From: Chloroflexota bacterium
GTDB taxonomy: Bacteria > Chloroflexota > UBA6077 > FW602-bin22 > JBCLEL01
Assembly (NCBI GenBank): GCA_965220775.1
Contig: OZ244845.1
Span: 2,066,568 to 2,130,567, forward strand
Direction of reading: 5' to 3'
Length of the DNA: 64,000 nucleotides
The translations under genes and the position numbers were made by a program. Under the pieces are notes generated by a model. The model had not been told where the DNA came from and did no database searches. It saw nothing but the letters and a program-made list of their open reading frames with translations. Shown here piece after piece: positions 47,087-56,433 of the stretch. The first letter of the stretch is position 1; every line of letters begins with the position of its first letter.

Positions 47087-48022
47087 TCAATGCTCTAGAA
47101 GGAAGGCCAGCAGTTCTCTGGTCGTCTCCTCCGGCGCCTCTTCCGGCAGGAAGTGCCCGCAGTCGATCGCATGATCGCGCACGTCCTCCGCTCGTTCCCG
47201 CCATGTCTTGAGCATCTCCAGCCGGCCACCGGTCTGCCATCCCGGCCGCTTGGGCATGTTGCCGGCCCATAAAACCAGCATCGGGCACCTCAGCTTGCGG
47301 TCTCGGTCCGCCTCATCGTGCTCCAGGTCGAGCTCAATAGCCCGGTAATCCATACAGGTGGCACGGATCGTCTCCGGATCGCTGAAGCAGCGCAGATACT
47401 CTCGATATGCCTCATCGGTGATCGCACCCTCCACAGCCGTCCACTGGTCCAACAGGAAGTCCAGGTAGACCTTGGCGTTGTTGCCGATCAATGTCTCCGG
47501 CAGCGGCGCCGGCTGTCGCATCAGGTGCCAGTGAAACCAGGAGTAGGCCAGGTCGCGGTCCATGGCGTCGAATGCGGCTTGCGAAGCCACGACGTCGAGC
47601 GAGGTGAATGTTAGGACACGGTGCGGATGATCCAATGCCACGCGATGTCCGACTCGCGCTCCCCGGTCGTGCCCTACCAAATGGAACGCGTCGAAGCCCA
47701 ACTCGGCCATCACTTCAACTTGGTCTTGCGCCGTAGTGCGCTTGCAGTAGACGCTTAGGTCGTCGTCCGAGGCCGGCTTGCCGCTGTCGCCGTACCCGCG
47801 CAGATCTGTAGCAACCACGGTGAAATGCTCCGCGAGCCGTGGCGCGATCTTGTGCCACATAACATGTGTCTGGGGATAGCCGTGGAGGAGCAATACCGCC
47901 GGCCCCTCTCCCCCGCGCACGAGATTGATCGTTGTACCCGACGTCTCGATCTGGGATCGGCTAAACCCTTCGAACAATTTGCCACGCTTTCCGGAACCAT
48001 TGGCGCCGGCCGAGCCGGTCAC
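47087..48022 (-). CDS. Alpha/beta hydrolase, haloacetate dehalogenase / epoxide hydrolase-like (Asp nucleophile)
   Basis: LLLHGYPQTHVMWHKIAP.L...FTVVATDLRGYGDS and nucleophile motif VGHDRGARVGHR. Confidence 0.8.
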   Translation of the reverse strand: MTGSAGANGSGKRGKLFEGFSRSQIETSGTTINLVRGGEGPAVLLLHGYPQTHVMWHKIAPRLAEHFTVVATDLRGYGDSGKPASDDDLSVYCKRTTAQDQVEVMAELGFDAFHLVGHDRGARVGHRVALDHPHRVLTFTSLDVVASQAAFDAMDRDLAYSWFHWHLMRQPAPLPETLIGNNAKVYLDFLLDQWTAVEGAITDEAYREYLRCFSDPETIRATCMDYRAIELDLEHDEADRDRKLRCPMLVLWAGNMPKRPGWQTGGRLEMLKTWRERAEDVRDHAIDCGHFLPEEAPEETTRELLAFLLEH

Positions 48023-48096
48023 GACAAAGGGCTGTTAGTTTGAAAAGGCCCCTGATCGATACCGGAAACTGTCCAGAAGAAGCTCAGGCCCCTCGG

Positions 48097-48885
48097 TTAC
48101 TTGAGCCCAATCTCCACTAGCTTCTGCACCATCGCCTTGATACGAGGCCGGTCACTATTTAGGAACGAGTCGTCGTACAGCCGGCCCTTGTTGGAGAATT
48201 GGTGATCGTCTTGGTACTCTAAGTTGCCCTGGTAGGCGTCCCGCATGTATTGGATTTGGCGCTCGGTGGTTGGCTTGGCTTTTACGTTTAGCGTGAACAT
48301 ACGGCGTCCGGTTTGCCCACCAAAAGCAGAATGCCAGGTATTGTGATTGAAGAACACCACGTCGCCCGGCTGTGACTCTAGCGGGAAACACGGAACGTTA
48401 CGAGGCTCGACCAGCGGCGAGGGGTTCGGTTCGTTGCGGTTAATCAGCGTCCTCAGTTGGTCATGCATCGGCGGGCGGTGCGAGCCAGGGATCACACGCA
48501 GGCACCCGGTGTCTTTCGTAACAGGGTCCAGATAGAACGCAACTTTGATCCCGTCATAGCGGAAATCTGGGGCGGCGTCTGGATGCCAATCCGTGTCACC
48601 GACGTACAGATTGCTGTCGGAGCCGATCCACACCAATCCAGGGCCAAGAATCTGCTCCAATGGCTCATAGATACGGTCGTCCTCGATTAGCCACGGGAAA
48701 GAGCTTTCCGGCACGGAGTAGACGCAGTGGCGCTGTTGCCCATCAAAGGGCTGCCCTTGTCGATCGTCACTGAGGGCCCGATCGAACTTGCCGCTGATCT
48801 CATTCGCTTCTGAAGGCGACAGGTAACTCCGCATAACTATGAAGCCGAAGATTTCGAAGTATTTCGTTTGCTCCTCGTTAAGCAT
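48097..48885 (-). CDS. PhyH-like Fe(II)/2-oxoglutarate dioxygenase (more distant paralog)
   Basis: MLNEEQTKYFEIFGFIVMRSYLSPSEA, WHPD, RVIPGSHRPPMH and FNHNTWHSAFGG. Confidence 0.75.
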   Translation of the reverse strand: MLNEEQTKYFEIFGFIVMRSYLSPSEANEISGKFDRALSDDRQGQPFDGQQRHCVYSVPESSFPWLIEDDRIYEPLEQILGPGLVWIGSDSNLYVGDTDWHPDAAPDFRYDGIKVAFYLDPVTKDTGCLRVIPGSHRPPMHDQLRTLINRNEPNPSPLVEPRNVPCFPLESQPGDVVFFNHNTWHSAFGGQTGRRMFTLNVKAKPTTERQIQYMRDAYQGNLEYQDDHQFSNKGRLYDDSFLNSDRPRIKAMVQKLVEIGLK

Positions 48886-48974
48886 TCTTTGACCTCCTTA
48901 GCGCGTCACAGGCGCGGATTCATCGCCCAACTCTGGCCCACTCCGCACCCGGGTGGCTGTATTTCGCATAACGA

Positions 48975-50063
48975 TTAGTTACTTATGTTGAACAATCTGG
49001 CGGCATTTCCGCCCAGGATCAGGTCCTTCTCCTCTTTGGAGAGAAGATCGGAGTTTCGCACGAAGCTCTGCGCCTGCTTGTAAGTGCACCAGCTCTGTAC
49101 TACGTATTGATCGGTTCCCCACATCATCCTATCCGGGCCCAACTCATCGCACAATTGCCTCAACATCTGTTGGGCGCCAAGGAAAGGATACTCTCGCCAA
49201 AAGGCGATGAATAGCATTTCGAAATACGTGTTGGGACGCTTCAGCAAAGTCATCAGTTCGGCTGGAATCTCGTACTGTTCGGGCTCACCGCGTCTGATGC
49301 CAAAGGTGTCTAGACCGTGGGTCAGAACCGAGGGTATATCTGGATGTCTTTCCGTCCAGCGGTCTAGCTCGGCTACGTGCTCCATGAACGCTGCGAATCG
49401 GTCGTGTCGTCGCGTGTGAATGTACCACCAGACCGGTATCTCCAGCTCCTGCACCTTCCGCCACAGCGGTTCGAACTTCGCGTCGTCCAGGTGGTCGGCG
49501 AAGTTACTTAGTGCAAAGGGTTCGGCGCTAAAGTAAAGGCCCTTGTTGCCGTGCTCCAGGACGGCCCGTTCCAATCGCTCGATTTGGGCCGGCTGGTCCG
49601 CTTCCCACTCCCGTATTTGGGCAAGTCCGATGAATCGATTAGGGAACTTTCGCATCGCTTCGCCGTAATATTCGTTGAGCGAGCCGTAAATATGGTCGTG
49701 CTGCAATACCCCCATATCGACTCCGGCATCATCCAACTCGGCGACCATTCGCTCCGGCGGAACTTCGTTATCTTTACCCAGGTGGGGTGCCAATGCCTGG
49801 TACACATAGTCGACTCCATTGACCGTGACCTCCGCCTGGCCGTATTGGGTCATCCGGAAGTTCACGTCCGGCATTTCTCTCATGTCATCGGACGGGAACT
49901 GAAACAGTTCCTCCTCTACCAACACGCCGTCCGACTTGCGCCGAAACTGCCTCGCGTGAGGTCGCATGTGGTACTGGAAGAACCGCATGTTTAGTCTTGG
50001 GTCCTCCCCACCCGACTCGGTGCCAAAGGGCGGAAATATGTGGAAGTGGGCGTCTATGATCAC
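48975..50063 (-). CDS. Amidohydrolase-2 family metal-dependent hydrolase
   Basis: N-terminal IIDAHFHIF, later THGLD and WGTD. GTG start with AGGAGA upstream. Confidence 0.75.
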   Translation of the reverse strand: MIIDAHFHIFPPFGTESGGEDPRLNMRFFQYHMRPHARQFRRKSDGVLVEEELFQFPSDDMREMPDVNFRMTQYGQAEVTVNGVDYVYQALAPHLGKDNEVPPERMVAELDDAGVDMGVLQHDHIYGSLNEYYGEAMRKFPNRFIGLAQIREWEADQPAQIERLERAVLEHGNKGLYFSAEPFALSNFADHLDDAKFEPLWRKVQELEIPVWWYIHTRRHDRFAAFMEHVAELDRWTERHPDIPSVLTHGLDTFGIRRGEPEQYEIPAELMTLLKRPNTYFEMLFIAFWREYPFLGAQQMLRQLCDELGPDRMMWGTDQYVVQSWCTYKQAQSFVRNSDLLSKEEKDLILGGNAARLFNISN

Positions 50064-50520
50064 GATTGTTTCTCCTACCGCCTTGTGCCGGGGATGGTAT
50101 CAACCAGCCGGCGATTACCCGGAGCCTTGGTCTCTGCCGGACGAATATGGCAACCGCAACCAGCTCCAGCATCGGAAGCGGCGCGGCGATTCGCCGGTAG
50201 ATTCCGAGAATCCCTCAGCCGTCAAAACGCGCTGATTCATTGTACTCCGGTGGAACGTTGGTGAAGAACTGGCGCAGAAGCAATATTTGGGAGGAGCCGT
50301 GGCGTTCAATGACAACGGCGGGTTAACCCAGGGCGATTCGCCGCAACCGCTCGTCGAATAGTTCGTGCCGGTCGCGAAGACTCGGTACAGCGTGACCGGA
50401 AAGAAGCACGCTTGAGCATTAAAAAAGTGGAGAAACGCCCATCATTATTGGTTGTGGTTACGGCTTGCGAGGATGCCGGCGGGCTGGTTGGTCTGACTCG
50501 CGCTTGGTCGCCTTTTCTGA

Positions 50521-50565
50521 CACAAAGAAATGGCGCATCTACCGCTATGCAGCGGTAGATGCGCC
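50521..50565 (-). terminator. Intrinsic terminator after the SBP gene
   Basis: Perfect 15-bp stem ggcgcatctaccgct / agcggtagatgcgcc (50532-50565) with a 4-nt loop, followed on the minus strand by ATTTCTTTGTG. Confidence 0.7.
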
Positions 50566-50595
50566 AAGCGCGGTACCTGGAGTCTAGGGGGCTGC

Positions 50596-52368
50596 TTACG
50601 CGGACCCCGGTTCGTAGTAACATGCCGGCCAAGCGTCCGACGGAGGATCGACCCACAAATCCACAAGATCGGGGTTGTTCCTCGCCCAGGTGTCGAGTAT
50701 TTCCTGGCTTTCCACCGCCGTATTCGCCAACTCCGTATCGACGTCAGCGCCCTGAAGTATCCGTCCGAACATCGGCACAAGGAGGTCATTGGCAATCTGA
50801 ATTGACCTCGGATGACCAACTGCGAAGTAACACGCCGCATTTGCAAGCGTATACTCCATCCAAGGACGAAGTACTGGATCGCTCATTGCCTTCGACTCAG
50901 GTCGGAGGGATGCGTAGGAAGGCAGCCAATTCTGGAAGTCACACTCGACTCCCAGCCGTTCCGGTGCCATCAGCCACTGAAGGAACTCGCCTACATTCTC
51001 CGTATGTGAATCGCCCTGGTACGGAGACTGCCTGAAAAAGCCGAGTCCGTTCGCACGGAGGATGTTGGTGGCGTCATGCCCTTCCAAGTATTGGATGGGC
51101 AATGGGGCCATTTCCCAGTCAATCCGCTTGCCGGTGACCTCGCCCTTATCAATCTTCACGTTCCAGTCCCTCATTGCAGCGGCCTGGCCGGCATAGCCGT
51201 GGGTGGCCGCCACGTCCTGGTTGTAGAACAACTCATGACCGGACGCTGTTTCCGGCAGACCCAGGACCAGTTGGGGGATTGACTCGTCTTCGATCATCAT
51301 ATCCTGGTACATCTTCAGCTTCGCGTTGAAGCCGGGCTCTTCCCAGCCAACTTTGTTGCCCCAGTACCAACCCCATGCGTGGCTGCAGAGGGGAACGCCG
51401 GCGCTGCCGAAGTTCTCGACGCAGTTGGCCATGAACCAGTGGAGAGCGTTGCCGAACATGAACTGGCCCTCAGGCTCGCTGACTACCTGGCCAATTTCAC
51501 GGAACTCCTCGTAGTTCCATCCATTCTTTTGGATCGCTCGCCAGTCTACGCCGGCTTCGTCAAAGATCCTCTGGTTGATGTTCACGCTCTCGCCCGTATC
51601 GAGCATCGTTGGCCACACGGTCTGCTTGCCGTAGACCACGCAACTCTCAATGCCCAGGGCGGCGTCCGCCTTCTGCTCGGGAGTCATGTAGGGAGCGACG
51701 TCTATGACCAGCGGTAGTTCACCGGCGCGGTTAGCATAGAGTCCGGATACCGACATGAAGAACAGGTCGGGCGGATTTCCCGACGCGAAGCGCGTACCCA
51801 GCCACTGAGTCCAACCTCCGGACGGCGAGCCGGTGATGGCCTTGACGAAGCTCTTCGATTGGGTAGCGTTCCACTCGTCAGCCTGGTCCTGCCACGGGTC
51901 GCCCTCGGCCCTCAATGCCAATGACCGCATTATGATTTGGTCTCGATCCTTTGGCAGAACCGGTGGGGCAGCTACTACCCTCTCGACCTCGACGATCGTC
52001 TCCTTCTCGACCTCGACGATCCTCTCAACCTCGACGATCTTCTCGACCTCTACCGGCCTCTCAACCTCTACCTGTACGGTGACTACCCTCTCGACCTCGA
52101 CCTGCACCGCCTTTTCTACCTGTACCGTGATTACCTTCTCGACTTCGACCGGCCTATCTACTTGGACGGTTACGACTTTCTCGACCTGTTCTCTGACGAC
52201 CTGGGTAACTACCCTCTCTACTGGTACCTCTTTCTCAACTACCTGAATCTTCTCAACTTCGACGATTTGTGGCTCGCAGGCAGCCAGAACAGGCAGCGCC
52301 GCTGCAGCGCCAAGGCCGGCCAGGAACGAACGGCGACTGAATCGGTTCAACAAAAACTTAACTCCCAT
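50596..52368 (-). CDS. Extracellular solute-binding lipoprotein (family 1, CUT1-like) with Tat signal and Glu/Val-rich stalk; orphan
   Basis: MGVKFLLNRFSRRSFLAGLGAAAALPVLAAC (twin-Arg plus lipobox), an approximately 100-aa VEVEK/VERVV repeat, then an SBP-like domain. I prefer the ATG at 52368 by homology with the paralog start. Confidence 0.8.
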   Translation of the reverse strand: MGVKFLLNRFSRRSFLAGLGAAAALPVLAACEPQIVEVEKIQVVEKEVPVERVVTQVVREQVEKVVTVQVDRPVEVEKVITVQVEKAVQVEVERVVTVQVEVERPVEVEKIVEVERIVEVEKETIVEVERVVAAPPVLPKDRDQIIMRSLALRAEGDPWQDQADEWNATQSKSFVKAITGSPSGGWTQWLGTRFASGNPPDLFFMSVSGLYANRAGELPLVIDVAPYMTPEQKADAALGIESCVVYGKQTVWPTMLDTGESVNINQRIFDEAGVDWRAIQKNGWNYEEFREIGQVVSEPEGQFMFGNALHWFMANCVENFGSAGVPLCSHAWGWYWGNKVGWEEPGFNAKLKMYQDMMIEDESIPQLVLGLPETASGHELFYNQDVAATHGYAGQAAAMRDWNVKIDKGEVTGKRIDWEMAPLPIQYLEGHDATNILRANGLGFFRQSPYQGDSHTENVGEFLQWLMAPERLGVECDFQNWLPSYASLRPESKAMSDPVLRPWMEYTLANAACYFAVGHPRSIQIANDLLVPMFGRILQGADVDTELANTAVESQEILDTWARNNPDLVDLWVDPPSDAWPACYYEPGSA

Positions 52369-52485
52369 CAAGATCATCTCCCATTTTTCATTTACACGAC
52401 TGAGCGGCAAATTGCCACTTGTGGGGGCACCAATCAAGTCAGTGCTACATTGATAGATGGATACCCTGCTATTGATTGGGGCAAT

Positions 52486-52512
52486 ACTATATTTTGCCTG
52501 CGAGGATTGCAA
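52486..52512 (-). promoter_or_regulatory. Putative promoter conserved between the two SBP paralogs
   Basis: Minus strand TTGCAA (52507-52512), 15-nt spacer, TATAGT (52486-52491). The same arrangement is found at 55918-55944. The spacer is shorter than optimal. Confidence 0.4.
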
Positions 52513-52639
52513 ATCTCTTCATCTCGTCCGAGCTCATGGCCATCGCACATCGTCGTTAGGTATGAAAATAGGCGTTCCAATTAACCTCGCCGGCACCTCT
52601 CCACACCCTAAGCTTGCCGAACCACGAATTTACAGCCAA

Positions 52640-53060
52640 TGAGTGGAGGGAGAAAATGTAGCGCTGGGGCTTGTCCCCAGCTAAGGACGCTCGGCCAGCC
52701 GGCCGGAAGTGGCGTCCCACCCGGAAGCCCTTTAACACACCTTATTATGCCGGCGATCAACGGTGCGCCCCGTACCCTGATACGGGGCCGGAATCTATGG
52801 GAGGCACGGGTGGTATCTAGTGAGATTCGAACACTTCCGCCAGCCGGCGCCCCTGGTTTTCATAACTTGGTGTGCCGGCGGCAGTCGGCACGGACAACTG
52901 GTACGGAGTCGGGTTATTCGTTACTAAGCCGCCGCAGAATTCAGCAACTTGGAAAAAGCCCTGCTCTTACTCATATGGTCAAACACAAGCGCTCGTCTCA
53001 CAAAAGACGGCGTCACCCGACTATGCGGTCCGGCGGGTTCGCCACATTCGGCGCCTCGGA
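52640..53060. repeat. Cluster C of mosaic hairpin repeats
   Basis: M1 atgtagcgctggggcttgtccccagc (52656-52681), M2 gccccgtaccctgatacggggccggaatc (52767-52795) and M3 gtgtgccggcggcagtcggca (52869-52889). It lies immediately downstream of the MalF-type permease. Confidence 0.6.
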
Positions 53061-53984
53061 TCAGTTCGCGAACTCGTAGTAGACCATCCGCTGTGATGCC
53101 CGCAGGCTCAATAGGGTCAATAACATGATGATCAGGAACAACACCCAAGCCAGCGATGCCGCGTACCCCATCTCGAAGTGTTGCCACCCGCTTCGGTATA
53201 AATACAGCACGTAGAACAGGGACGCGTTTGCCGGCCCGCCTCCGGTCACTATGTATCCCGCGGTGAACACCTGGAATGAGCCGATCATCCCGGTCAGGAA
53301 GACGAAGAACACGACCGGCGAGGTCAACGGCAACGTCACGTTCCAGAATTTCTGCCAGGCATTGGCTCCGTCGACCACCGCGGCGTCGTAGAGCGTCGTG
53401 GGAACCCCTTGCAGCGCCGCCAGGTAGAGGATCAGCCCTCCACCCGCCGCCCAGATGTGCATCAACATGAACGCCGGCAGCACCCACTCGCGAGACCCGA
53501 ACCACTGCGGTCCCTGGATCCCGATCATCCGCAGCGCACCGTTGATCAGGCCGATATCGCTATTGAACATCCAGGCGAACAGGTACGCCGCGGCCAGTCC
53601 CGGTACCACCGCCGGCATATAGAACGCCGTTCGCCACACCGAGAGTCCGATAACCTTTTGGTTTAGCAGCAGCGCCAACGCATAGCCGGCTACGACTCCC
53701 GTCGGCACCGCTCCCAATACGTAGATGGTCGTGACTTTCAACGACTGCCAGAACAGCTCGTCATTGACCATGTTGATGTAGTTGTCGATGCCGGCGAACT
53801 TCGGCGGGCTGAGGACGTCGTAATGGTTGAACGATACCCAAAGGGAGAACACGATCGGTCCGGCGGTGAAGCCCAGGAACCCTATGATCCAAGGCAGAAT
53901 GCAGATATAGCCGTCAATAATATTGCGAAGGGTCTGGGGAGACATTCTCCTTCGCTCTTGACCTGCGACTGTTATTGAACTCAT
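53061..53984 (-). CDS. CUT1 sugar ABC transporter permease, MalF/UgpA type
   Basis: GYICILPWIIGFLGFTAGPIVFSLWVSF...F.G.DNY, six TM segments, and EAA-like DAAVVDGANAWQKFWNVTLP. Confidence 0.85.
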   Translation of the reverse strand: MSSITVAGQERRRMSPQTLRNIIDGYICILPWIIGFLGFTAGPIVFSLWVSFNHYDVLSPPKFAGIDNYINMVNDELFWQSLKVTTIYVLGAVPTGVVAGYALALLLNQKVIGLSVWRTAFYMPAVVPGLAAAYLFAWMFNSDIGLINGALRMIGIQGPQWFGSREWVLPAFMLMHIWAAGGGLILYLAALQGVPTTLYDAAVVDGANAWQKFWNVTLPLTSPVVFFVFLTGMIGSFQVFTAGYIVTGGGPANASLFYVLYLYRSGWQHFEMGYAASLAWVLFLIIMLLTLLSLRASQRMVYYEFAN

Positions 53985-54140
53985 CCTGCCAACCTCCGAA
54001 GGCCAGCCACAGACCTGACAGCGCCTGACTTCAACTCAATGCCTGTCCCTGAGCACCGGCCGAGTATTTGGATGGGCCGACTTGGCGGAAAAGGCCGGCA
54101 ATTGCCGGCCTTTTCCACGCGTTCGGCGAGTTGTTTCTTC

Positions 54141-55799
54141 CTAGGAAGAGGCTTTCGCCAACTCCGCGTCGATCTTCTTCTTCGCGTCGTCCATCGCCGC
54201 TTGGACCGTGTTTTCGCCAATCAACACGCTCTGAACAGCCGCGTTCAAGAACTCGACCGTCTTGATTGGAGCCTTGCCTCCACGCCAGTCTGGGAACACT
54301 TCGATGTTCTCCAGTGACTGCGTCGAATGCGACACGCCCGGCGACTGGCATCGGGACGCCCATACTTCCGCCTGCTCCAGGAACCTCTCTCGCTCGGCTC
54401 CCTGCTCCCGGTAGGTCAGCGCGTCCATATGGAATCTTGCATCGTAGGACGGTACGCTAGCCACGAACGTGATCTCGCGCATCATATCCGTGTCCAGTGC
54501 GCTCTTTGCCACGTACTCCTCAGCCAGGTCTCGATTCTTCGATGCCTTGTTTGCCGCCCAGTGGTTGCCACCCAAGCTCACTGCCCGCTTCCTGTCCCAA
54601 GGCATATGGATCACGCCCTGGGGGAACTTCATGCTGTGCAGGTTGTGTCCACCGGCCCAGGCCACCACGCTCGTAGCTTTGCCGGCACGGTACATTCCTC
54701 CTTCGATCGCCTTGCTCGCCTCGATTGACGGAGCAACCTTGTGCGTCAATACCATATCGACGTGGTCCTGCACCGCCTGCACCACTTCGGGTGAGTTCAC
54801 CGTGCACTCGTTCTCTTCGTAGCTCCAAGGATCGTCGAAGAGCGCGCCGCCGTAGTCGGTTACCCGACCCATCGTCAGTGTGTAAAAATTGTTGAACGTG
54901 GTACCGATGCCGTAGTTCTCTACGGTCCCATCGTTCATTCTCTTTGTTCCCGCCGTGGCGAATTCGACGAGATTGTCCCAGTTCCAGGTATCGAACTCAG
55001 CGCTAGACGTGGACAAGTCCGAGCCCCACTCTGGAAGGTCCATCCCCACCTCGTCCGCCAGCGTCTTGTTGATGTTGATCACCAGCGGGTTGCGGAAGAA
55101 CACCGACACCGCCATGATCTGGCCCTTGTAGCCGTTCTCCCTCCGCGGATCTACCGTCCACTTCTCTGGATCGGCATTGTGCGCCTTGATCACGTCGTCC
55201 AGCGGCGCCAACAGATCCTTCGTGAAGAAGAATCCATTCCAATACACGTCCACCAACATCACGTCCGGCGCCACTCCGCCGGCGAACTGCGTCAACAGCT
55301 TGTCCAGATACCCGCCCCAAGGGGCCGGCTGGTCCTTCATCGTCACGCCATGCTTGTGTTCGTACAGTCCGAAGGTGTTGGTCTTGCTGGAGAATGTGTC
55401 TCCCCACCAGTGGGTGGCGACCAGCTCGCCCCGCGGGTCTGCCTTCGGCATCGCGGTCACGAACTTCTCTACTACTACTTCCTTCTCTACTACTACTTCC
55501 TTCTCTACCTCTACAATCTCTTTCTTTACTACCTCGACCGCCTTCTCCACCTCGACGGTCACTACCCTCTCCACCTCGACAGCCTTCTCGACTTCGACGG
55601 TGACTACCTTCTCTACCTGTTCCCTGATGACCTGAGTAACTACTCTCTCTATCGGGACCTCTTTCTCGACTACCTGTACTCTCTCGACTTCGACGATCTG
55701 CGGCTCACACGCGGCCAGAATCGGTAGCGCCGCCGCTGCTCCCAGGCCCGCTAGGAACGAACGTCGACTGAACTGGTTCGACAAAAACTTTACTCGCAT
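54141..55799 (-). CDS. Extracellular solute-binding lipoprotein (family 1, CUT1-like) with Tat signal and Glu/Val-rich stalk
   Basis: MRVKFLSNQFSRRSFLAGLGAAAALPILAAC, an approximately 80-aa VEVEK repeat, then an SBP-like domain. It is upstream of the MalF-type permease. I prefer the ATG at 55799. Confidence 0.8.
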   Translation of the reverse strand: MRVKFLSNQFSRRSFLAGLGAAAALPILAACEPQIVEVERVQVVEKEVPIERVVTQVIREQVEKVVTVEVEKAVEVERVVTVEVEKAVEVVKKEIVEVEKEVVVEKEVVVEKFVTAMPKADPRGELVATHWWGDTFSSKTNTFGLYEHKHGVTMKDQPAPWGGYLDKLLTQFAGGVAPDVMLVDVYWNGFFFTKDLLAPLDDVIKAHNADPEKWTVDPRRENGYKGQIMAVSVFFRNPLVININKTLADEVGMDLPEWGSDLSTSSAEFDTWNWDNLVEFATAGTKRMNDGTVENYGIGTTFNNFYTLTMGRVTDYGGALFDDPWSYEENECTVNSPEVVQAVQDHVDMVLTHKVAPSIEASKAIEGGMYRAGKATSVVAWAGGHNLHSMKFPQGVIHMPWDRKRAVSLGGNHWAANKASKNRDLAEEYVAKSALDTDMMREITFVASVPSYDARFHMDALTYREQGAERERFLEQAEVWASRCQSPGVSHSTQSLENIEVFPDWRGGKAPIKTVEFLNAAVQSVLIGENTVQAAMDDAKKKIDAELAKASS

Positions 55800-55917
55800 C
55801 GAAGGCATCTCCCAATACTTATTTAAACCATTGATCGGCAAACTGCCACCTGTTAGGGCCGCCCAGTCAATGTGTGCCGAATCGACATTTGGGCGCTCGT
55901 CTCCCAATGGGCAAAAT

Positions 55918-55944
55918 ATTATATTCTCGCTTTCAGGATTGCAA
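55918..55944 (-). promoter_or_regulatory. Putative promoter conserved between the two SBP paralogs
   Basis: Minus strand TTGCAA (55939-55944), 15-nt spacer, TATAAT (55918-55923). Confidence 0.4.
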
Positions 55945-56433
55945 GGCTCCCCACTTTCACGTTAGAGCCTCTTTTGTTCTCAACGCGAAGGCAGCCGTGT
56001 GGCCGATCGCAAATGCCTGTCTGGCGCGGGTTAACACCATTTCGCTATAGAAAAACCCGCTCCGCTGGACTTAGGGCGGGCTCTCGCGCCCGCCTCTCAC
56101 GGAGGTTCGAAAGACCTCTGCCGGCCTCTCTCAACGCGGGCGAGGTCCGTCCTACAACCGCATGAGCGTAATACAAATGTTCGCTCTTTCTATGTCACAC
56201 CAAACGACGGCACAAATACAACTTGGCCGGCCTCTATCAGTTCGCGAAGGATCGCTTCCACAGTGTAAAAAACGCAAAACAAACATCCAAGCAAGGGCGC
56301 CGACAGGATGACGACGCTGGTTCTGGATGCCGGCTCTGATCAACAAGAGACCCCGACTTTCTTCTTCTAAATTGCAGTAGAATTGCCATTGCTGCAAATG
56401 AGCTGGCTTCTCTCAAGTGGATAGGAACTGCAA

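Noticed and set aside
51970-52272. The regular short DNA repeats (ctcgacctcgac...) here, and at 55461-55703, at first looked like a tandem repeat or CRISPR-like array.
   Set aside because: They are in frame inside long ORFs, lack unique spacers of constant length, and translate into a coherent VEVEK-type stalk shared by two paralogs. I treat them as a coding low-complexity region, not a CRISPR array.
52801-52840. The minus strand reads ...GGAAGTGTTCGAATCTCACTAGATACCA, which resembles a tRNA T-loop plus CCA end and could be an att-site remnant.
   Set aside because: The flanking bases do not form a 5-bp T-stem around TTCGAAT. No acceptor, anticodon or D arm can be built upstream. It does not match the 3' end of the tRNA-Trp in this window.
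56060-56433. A Moco riboswitch upstream of moaB.
   Set aside because: I could not find the conserved Moco-motif core by eye. The hairpins lie about 280-370 nt upstream of the start codon. This needs a covariance-model search before any claim.
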